A stretch of 64,000 bases of DNA from a bacterium (GTDB lineage: Bacteria > UBA8248). Below are positions 58,733 to 64,000 of this stretch, in pieces; position 1 is the first letter of the stretch, and each line of letters begins with the position of its first letter. The notes below the pieces were generated by a model that was given only the letters and a program-made list of their open reading frames with translations, did not search any database and was not told the origin of the DNA. The stretch spans positions 352,001-416,000 of the forward strand of contig OZ241996.1 in the NCBI GenBank assembly GCA_965204535.1. The letters are read 5' to 3'. The translations under genes were made by a program, and so were the position numbers.

Positions 58733-61048
58733 ATGCGTTGTGCGGCGAAGGTGTTGGCCTGCGCCGTGGTGGCCGTCGTGTTGCTTATTGCCGCTCCGCA
58801 TGAGGCGAAGGGGCAGTCGGACTCACCGGCCATCACGATACGGGCCATTGAAGTCAAGGGGAATCGCCGGGTCGACCGTTCCACCGTTCTTTTCTATGTC
58901 CGGCTGAAAGAGGGGCAAAACTACACCAACGTAGAATTGGTCAAGCAAATCCGCGCGGATGTCCGGGCCATATACAAACTGGGATTCTTCCGGGATGTGA
59001 GGGTTCAAGTGGAGTCTCTGGAAGGCGGGCTCCGCGTGATATATCAACTCAGCGAAAAGCCCACGATCAACCAGATCGAAATCATCGGAAACAGCAACCT
59101 GGACCTCGAGAAAATCCGCGAGCGCATGACGGTGAAGGTTCAGACCATCGTCAACGAATCCATCCTGAAAGAAAGTGTCCGTAATGTACGAAAACTCTAT
59201 CAGGAAAGCGGCTATTATTTCGCGCGCGTAGAAGCGGTTCTCAAGGAAAGCGGCCCGAATACGGTGGCCGTCACCCTGGTGATCGACGAGGGGGAAAGCG
59301 TCAGCATCGGCTCGATCAATTTCGAAGGCAACGAGAACGTCTCCAAAAGAGAATTGTTCAAGGTCATGGAAACCAGCGAGAAGGGTTTTTTCTCTTTCCT
59401 GACGAGTTCGGGGATATTCAACGAAGATGAACTGCAGAGGGACCTGGTGCGGATTCGCTTGCTGTACGAGAGCCGCGGCTACGCCAAGGTTCAGGTCAGC
59501 CAGCCCGTCATTCGCGAGGACCGGGGGAGGAACCGCATCGATATAACGATTCCCGTCCGCGAAGGCTTCCGGTACAGAGTCGCCAAAATCGAGGTTCGCG
59601 GCGGGGAGGACGTCATCCCCGTAGAAGAGATTCGGCGGAAAATGCTTGTTTTCGTCGGCGATATTTTCAACAAAACCCGCCTGCTCGCCGACGTGCGCAA
59701 GATAACGAATCAATTCTCCAACCGAGGCTATACGTTCGCGGACGTGAACAGTTTCACGAAAGCGGACGATAAGAAGAAAACGGTCGACATCACGGTGCGA
59801 ATCAACAAGGGGCGAAGGGTATACATCGGAAAGGTGGCGGTAAAAGGCAATACCCGCACTCGCGAGAACGTGATTCGCCGCAACGTTCGCGTTATCGAGG
59901 GGTCTCTGTACAGCGCGAGGGGACTGGAGTTGACGCGTCAGCGTCTGAGACGCAAGAACTATTTCGAAACGGTGAAGGTCGTTGAAAAACGGCGTCCCGG
60001 CAACGATGAAATCCTCGATATCGAAATCGAGGTGAAGGAGAAACCGACCGGCTCCATAACGGGCGGCCTCGGCGTCAATAGCGACGAGGGCCTTTACGGG
60101 CAAGGCGAATTGAGAGAAGCGAATTTGTTCGGCAAGGGTCTGGTTGGCTCCCTGTTCACCAGAATTTCTTCCGATCGCTTTGATTTGGTTGCGGAATACT
60201 TCGACCCCAGTTTCCGGGACTCCGGCTATTCGCTTGGGGGAAGTCTCTTTTTCGTCGATCAGGAGTACAGTACTTTCGACAACGAAAGGCAGGGCGCCCG
60301 GATAACGGTCGGCAAGGAATTTCAGGAGTTTTTGAGGGGTTTCCTCTCCTATGAGATCGCGGAATCGGAAATCAGCAATGTTTCCGCCAATGCGATATCC
60401 ACGATTCTCGCGCAGGAAGGGGAAACTTTCCTCGAAAGCAGCATCATTCCGAGGCTGGTCTACGATAGCCTGAACAGACCCATTTTCCCGACGGACGGCA
60501 CTTACTGGAGCATCGCCTCCACGATTTCTTCATCGGCGTTGGGTGGAAACGTCGACGTTCTCACCGCAGAAGCGGAATTCAGGCAATATCATAACATCGG
60601 GGAGCGTTTCCGAATCCGCCTTTTGCGGGATTTGGTCTTGAGTTTGCGGGGCAATGTTCGCTTCGCCGAAGCGCTCGATGGCGAAGCGCCCGCGTTCCGT
60701 CGTTTGTACGCCACGAGAAGGTACACCGTTCGAGGATTCACTTCCGACGACCTGGGGCCGAAGGATTCGCAGGGCGAAGCCATAGGCGGATTCTCCGCCG
60801 CTCTCGGCTCCGTTGAATTGACGCATCCTTTCATCGGCCCGACGCAGGTCGCGGTTTTCTTTGATATGGGAAACATCTGGGATGAGGATAATGCCTTCGA
60901 TTTCGGGGAATTGAGGTACGGCGCCGGAATCGGCTTGCGCATCGTGACGCCGATCGGCCCCATGCGGCTCGATATCGGATACAAGCTGGACAGAAAAGAC
61001 AACGAGCGCAGAAGGGAAGCGCATTTGGGAATCGGGGCCGCGTTCTAG
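58733..61048 (+). CDS. bamA: Outer membrane protein assembly factor BamA
   Basis: POTRA repeats, GNTRTRENVIRR, VRGF, TPIGPMRLD, C-terminal Phe. Confidence 0.93.
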   Translation: MRCAAKVLACAVVAVVLLIAAPHEAKGQSDSPAITIRAIEVKGNRRVDRSTVLFYVRLKEGQNYTNVELVKQIRADVRAIYKLGFFRDVRVQVESLEGGLRVIYQLSEKPTINQIEIIGNSNLDLEKIRERMTVKVQTIVNESILKESVRNVRKLYQESGYYFARVEAVLKESGPNTVAVTLVIDEGESVSIGSINFEGNENVSKRELFKVMETSEKGFFSFLTSSGIFNEDELQRDLVRIRLLYESRGYAKVQVSQPVIREDRGRNRIDITIPVREGFRYRVAKIEVRGGEDVIPVEEIRRKMLVFVGDIFNKTRLLADVRKITNQFSNRGYTFADVNSFTKADDKKKTVDITVRINKGRRVYIGKVAVKGNTRTRENVIRRNVRVIEGSLYSARGLELTRQRLRRKNYFETVKVVEKRRPGNDEILDIEIEVKEKPTGSITGGLGVNSDEGLYGQGELREANLFGKGLVGSLFTRISSDRFDLVAEYFDPSFRDSGYSLGGSLFFVDQEYSTFDNERQGARITVGKEFQEFLRGFLSYEIAESEISNVSANAISTILAQEGETFLESSIIPRLVYDSLNRPIFPTDGTYWSIASTISSSALGGNVDVLTAEAEFRQYHNIGERFRIRLLRDLVLSLRGNVRFAEALDGEAPAFRRLYATRRYTVRGFTSDDLGPKDSQGEAIGGFSAALGSVELTHPFIGPTQVAVFFDMGNIWDEDNAFDFGELRYGAGIGLRIVTPIGPMRLDIGYKLDRKDNERRREAHLGIGAAF

Positions 61049-61071
61049 GATCGCGCGCGCCGATTTCGACT

Positions 61072-61662
61072 TTGATGAGGAGGATGTCTGAAGTGAGGCG
61101 GTATGGCCCATCTGTTTTGATCCTTTCAATGCTTCTCGCCTTCGGCTATGCGGGTCATGCGGAATCGGCGGGTGTGAAATACGGCGTCGTCAATATTCAG
61201 CGCGTATTGCGGGTTTCGAAAGGCGGCCGGGCCGCGAGTTCGTCTTTGGAGAGGGAGAGAAACAGGCTTCAAAGCGCGATTCGGAAAAGGCGCGACGAAT
61301 TGAGCATACTTGCGAACAAGGTGCGGGATTTGCAGGTGGAGATCGAGCAGAAAAGCGGGGTTTGGCGCCAGGAGGAAAAAGAGCGCAAGGCGTTCGACTT
61401 GCGTTCCCAAAGAAGGGAACTCGCACGTGAGCAGGACAATTTGAGGCGACTGGTGCGAGAGAGCGAACGAGACCTGCAAGACCGCCGAAGAATAGCCACC
61501 GAGAAGGTTTTGAAAGAAGTTCGCGTGATCGTTGAGGACATCGGAAAAAACGAAGGTTATGACGTCGTCGTAGACAATGCCTCAGGCGGTGTTTTGTTCG
61601 TCAACCCGAAAGTGGATCTTACGGAGAGGGTGATCAAGCTATACGACCAGAAGAAGAAATAA
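61072..61662 (+). CDS. skp: Skp/OmpH periplasmic chaperone
   Basis: Signal peptide, GVVNIQRVL, coiled coil, VDLTERVIK; position after bamA. Confidence 0.88.
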   Translation: MMRRMSEVRRYGPSVLILSMLLAFGYAGHAESAGVKYGVVNIQRVLRVSKGGRAASSSLERERNRLQSAIRKRRDELSILANKVRDLQVEIEQKSGVWRQEEKERKAFDLRSQRRELAREQDNLRRLVRESERDLQDRRRIATEKVLKEVRVIVEDIGKNEGYDVVVDNASGGVLFVNPKVDLTERVIKLYDQKKK

Positions 61663-61663
61663 A

Positions 61664-62671
61664 ATGCTTCTCGCGGACATCGCTAATCTGCTTGGCGGGG
61701 AATTGATCGGTGACGGGAGCGTGGATATACACGACGTGGCCGAGTATGAAAGGGCTTCGCCGAAAGATTTGAGCTACGTGGAGTCGGCGAAAAAACTGAG
61801 TGCGCATTCTGACGCAGGCGCTCTCATCGTTCCTCAGGGGCTGGAAACCAACCGCCCCTCGATTTCAACCAAAAACCCCCGATTGTCTTTCGCCCGCGCG
61901 GTTTCACTGTTCCGGCCACCCCGGAAATTCCAGCCGGGAATTGATGCCCAGGCCAGTATCTCCGATACGGCCCGCATCGGAGACGGCGCATATGTCGGGC
62001 CATTTGCATCTCTAGCCGGCGGTGCAGCGGTAGGCGATGGTTCCTATATCGGGGCGGGTGTGCATGTCGGCGAGAACGTGAGCATAGGTTCCGGGTGTTT
62101 CATACACCCGAATTGTGTTTTGTATGCGGAAGTGGAAATCGGGGCGAGGGTCATTCTTCATGCGGGAGTCGTCGTCGGGGCGGACGGGTTTGGATACATT
62201 CCCGATGAGGGGGGCCGTATTTTCAAGTACCCGCAGACCGGGAGGGTCGTCATTGAAGAGGACGTGGAAATCGGGGCGAACACCACGATAGATCGCGCTA
62301 CGTTGAGGGAAACGAGAATCGGACGCGGCACGAAAATCGACAACCTAGTGCAAATTGCGCACAACGTCGTGATTGGGGAGGATTGCATATTAGCGAGCCA
62401 GGTGGGCATCTCAGGCAGTGTGAGAATCGGCCGGGGCGTCATGATGGGCGGCCGTGTCGGGGTGGTGGATCATGTCGAAATCGGTGACGGCGCGAAAATC
62501 GGAGCTGATACCGGTGTGCTGAAGAGCCTGGAGGGCGGGAAAGTGTATATGCACAACCCGGCCACGGAAGTTCGCGATGCGCGCAGGCGAATTGCGGTAT
62601 TGAGGAATTTGCCGAGGCTTTCGGATAGAGTGAATCAACTCGAAAGAAAGATCGGCGAACTGGAATCATGA
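61664..62671 (+). CDS. lpxD: UDP-3-O-acyl-glucosamine N-acyltransferase
   Basis: [31 protein letters not shown]. Confidence 0.95.
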   Translation: MLLADIANLLGGELIGDGSVDIHDVAEYERASPKDLSYVESAKKLSAHSDAGALIVPQGLETNRPSISTKNPRLSFARAVSLFRPPRKFQPGIDAQASISDTARIGDGAYVGPFASLAGGAAVGDGSYIGAGVHVGENVSIGSGCFIHPNCVLYAEVEIGARVILHAGVVVGADGFGYIPDEGGRIFKYPQTGRVVIEEDVEIGANTTIDRATLRETRIGRGTKIDNLVQIAHNVVIGEDCILASQVGISGSVRIGRGVMMGGRVGVVDHVEIGDGAKIGADTGVLKSLEGGKVYMHNPATEVRDARRRIAVLRNLPRLSDRVNQLERKIGELES

Positions 62672-63105
62672 TTGATAGCCAGCGGATACAGGAATTAATC
62701 CCGCACAGGGATCCGTTTCTTTTCGTCGATCAGGTGACCTCACTCAATGCGGAAGAAAAATCTGTCGTAGCCCGGAAAACGATTTCGATTGATGAACCTT
62801 TCTTCAGGGGTCATTTCCCCGGTAATCCCATCATGCCAGGAGTTTTGATCATCGAGGCGTTGGCGCAGACCGGTTTGATTTGCCTGTTCGAGTTGAAAAT
62901 GGTCGAACCCGATGCCGATTTTTTCTTCACCGGCATCGAGCAGGTGAAATTCAGGCGTCCCGTCGTTCCCGGTGATTTGCTGGAGTTGCACGCAAAACTC
63001 CTGAAAAACAGAAGGACTTTGTGGAAGTTTGAAGGGCGGGCATTTGCAGGGGGTCAGATAGCCGCCGAAGGTGTTTTCTCCGCTTACGCCGTCCCCCGGT
63101 CCTGA
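62668..63105 (+). CDS. fabZ: 3-hydroxyacyl-ACP dehydratase
   Basis: [33 protein letters not shown]. Confidence 0.95.
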   Translation: MIDSQRIQELIPHRDPFLFVDQVTSLNAEEKSVVARKTISIDEPFFRGHFPGNPIMPGVLIIEALAQTGLICLFELKMVEPDADFFFTGIEQVKFRRPVVPGDLLELHAKLLKNRRTLWKFEGRAFAGGQIAAEGVFSAYAVPRS

Positions 63106-63111
63106 TAAACA

Positions 63112-63894
63112 TTGAACGATATAGCTCCCACTTCCCATATCCATCCGGAAGCACATCTCGGGCAGGGTTTGAAAATCGGCCCGGGCGCTTTTGTGGGCCC
63201 AAACGTGATTCTTCGGGACGGCTGCGAAATCGGACAAAACGCAACCATTCAGGGACCTGCCGTCGTAGGGGAGGGGTGCCGGATTTTTCCGAATGCCGTC
63301 ATCGGTTTGGAAGCGCAGGTTGTTGATTTGCAGTCGGATTCGGGAGGGGTTGAAATCGGGGCGGGTACGACTATCCGCGAAACGGCGACCATCCATCGTT
63401 CGATGCACCAGGGTCAAAATACAGTAATCGGCCGAAAATGCTACATCATGGTCGGAGCGCATGTAGGCCATGACTGCCGTGTCGGCGACGAGGTGATCCT
63501 GGTGAACCATTGCTCCCTGGGAGGTCATGCGGAAGTGGGGGACAATAGCTTCATCTCCAACTTCATCGGCGTTCATCAGCGTATGCGAATCGGGGAAGGG
63601 GTGATTCTGGTGGGTCCCATTGCGGTGAGGAAAGATGTGCCTCCTTTCGTCAAGATGGCGGGTGCTCCTTTTCGTGTGGTCGGACTGAATGTGGTCGGTT
63701 TGCGCAGAAGGGGCGTTTCGGCCGAAGTGAGAGCGGAAATCAAGCGTGCATATGGAATCCTTTTCAACGGGCCGGGTACGATGGCGCAAAAAATAGAGGA
63801 AATAGAAGCGCAGGCGCCGTTAGGAGCGGAAATTCAATCCGTGGTAGAATTCGTGCGGAATTCGAAGAATGGCATCTACCAAGGCCGCGTGTAA
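63112..63894 (+). CDS. lpxA: Acyl-ACP--UDP-N-acetylglucosamine acyltransferase
   Basis: Hexapeptide repeats, IRETATIHR, HVGHDC, DVPPF, GLNVVGLRR. Confidence 0.92.
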   Translation: MNDIAPTSHIHPEAHLGQGLKIGPGAFVGPNVILRDGCEIGQNATIQGPAVVGEGCRIFPNAVIGLEAQVVDLQSDSGGVEIGAGTTIRETATIHRSMHQGQNTVIGRKCYIMVGAHVGHDCRVGDEVILVNHCSLGGHAEVGDNSFISNFIGVHQRMRIGEGVILVGPIAVRKDVPPFVKMAGAPFRVVGLNVVGLRRRGVSAEVRAEIKRAYGILFNGPGTMAQKIEEIEAQAPLGAEIQSVVEFVRNSKNGIYQGRV

Positions 63895-63923
63895 GTGTAA
63901 GTTTTTTACGAGGTTAAGAGCCC

Positions 63924-64000
63924 ATGCTGGATTCTCTACGAGTTGGCGTCGTCGGCGTCGGCCACATGGGTAGTTATCATGTGGCTGCACTCTCCGAGCT
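63924..64000 (+). CDS. Gfo/Idh/MocA oxidoreductase, N-terminus only (truncated by window edge)
   Basis: MLDSLRVGVVGVGHMGSYH Rossmann motif. Confidence 0.7.
   Translation, partial: MLDSLRVGVVGVGHMGSYHVAALSE

Overview
High-GC Gram-negative bacterial chromosome segment. The lysS-lolCD-clpC-bamA-skp-lpxD order is reminiscent of Nitrospinota/Nitrospirota/deltaproteobacteria-type lineages, but taxonomy cannot be fixed from the window. 1-17 kb is an accessory region: cinA-like gene, hicBA toxin-antitoxin pair, a probable UGSC-type selenoprotein hidden from the ORF track by an in-frame UGA (with a SECIS-like hairpin) coupled to an uncharacterised partner, a Dpp/Opp ABC transporter, an IS1182-family element inserted precisely into the loop of a palindromic repeat, several nested MITE-like elements, an M20 deacylase, an amidase apparently captured behind a duplicated promoter, and a class-V PLP enzyme. 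17.2-23.9 kb is an intact, tightly coupled phage tail-tip/tape-measure-like operon with no head, tube or integrase genes, bracketed by a tandem CCCGCATTTG motif that recurs at 38.8-39.3 kb beside a small unannotated ORF. 24-64 kb is mostly core genome: M23 peptidase, gamma-CA, ppx-like, yceD-rpmF-plsX-fabH-fabD-acpP-fabF-rnc-smc-ftsY, pyc, PBP1A, HNH-uvrB-uvrC-lnt-prfB (+1 frameshift)-lysS-lolC/E-lolD-clpC-bamA-skp-lpxD-fabZ-lpxA and the start of a Gfo/Idh/MocA gene. No rRNA, tRNA or CRISPR array was recognised.
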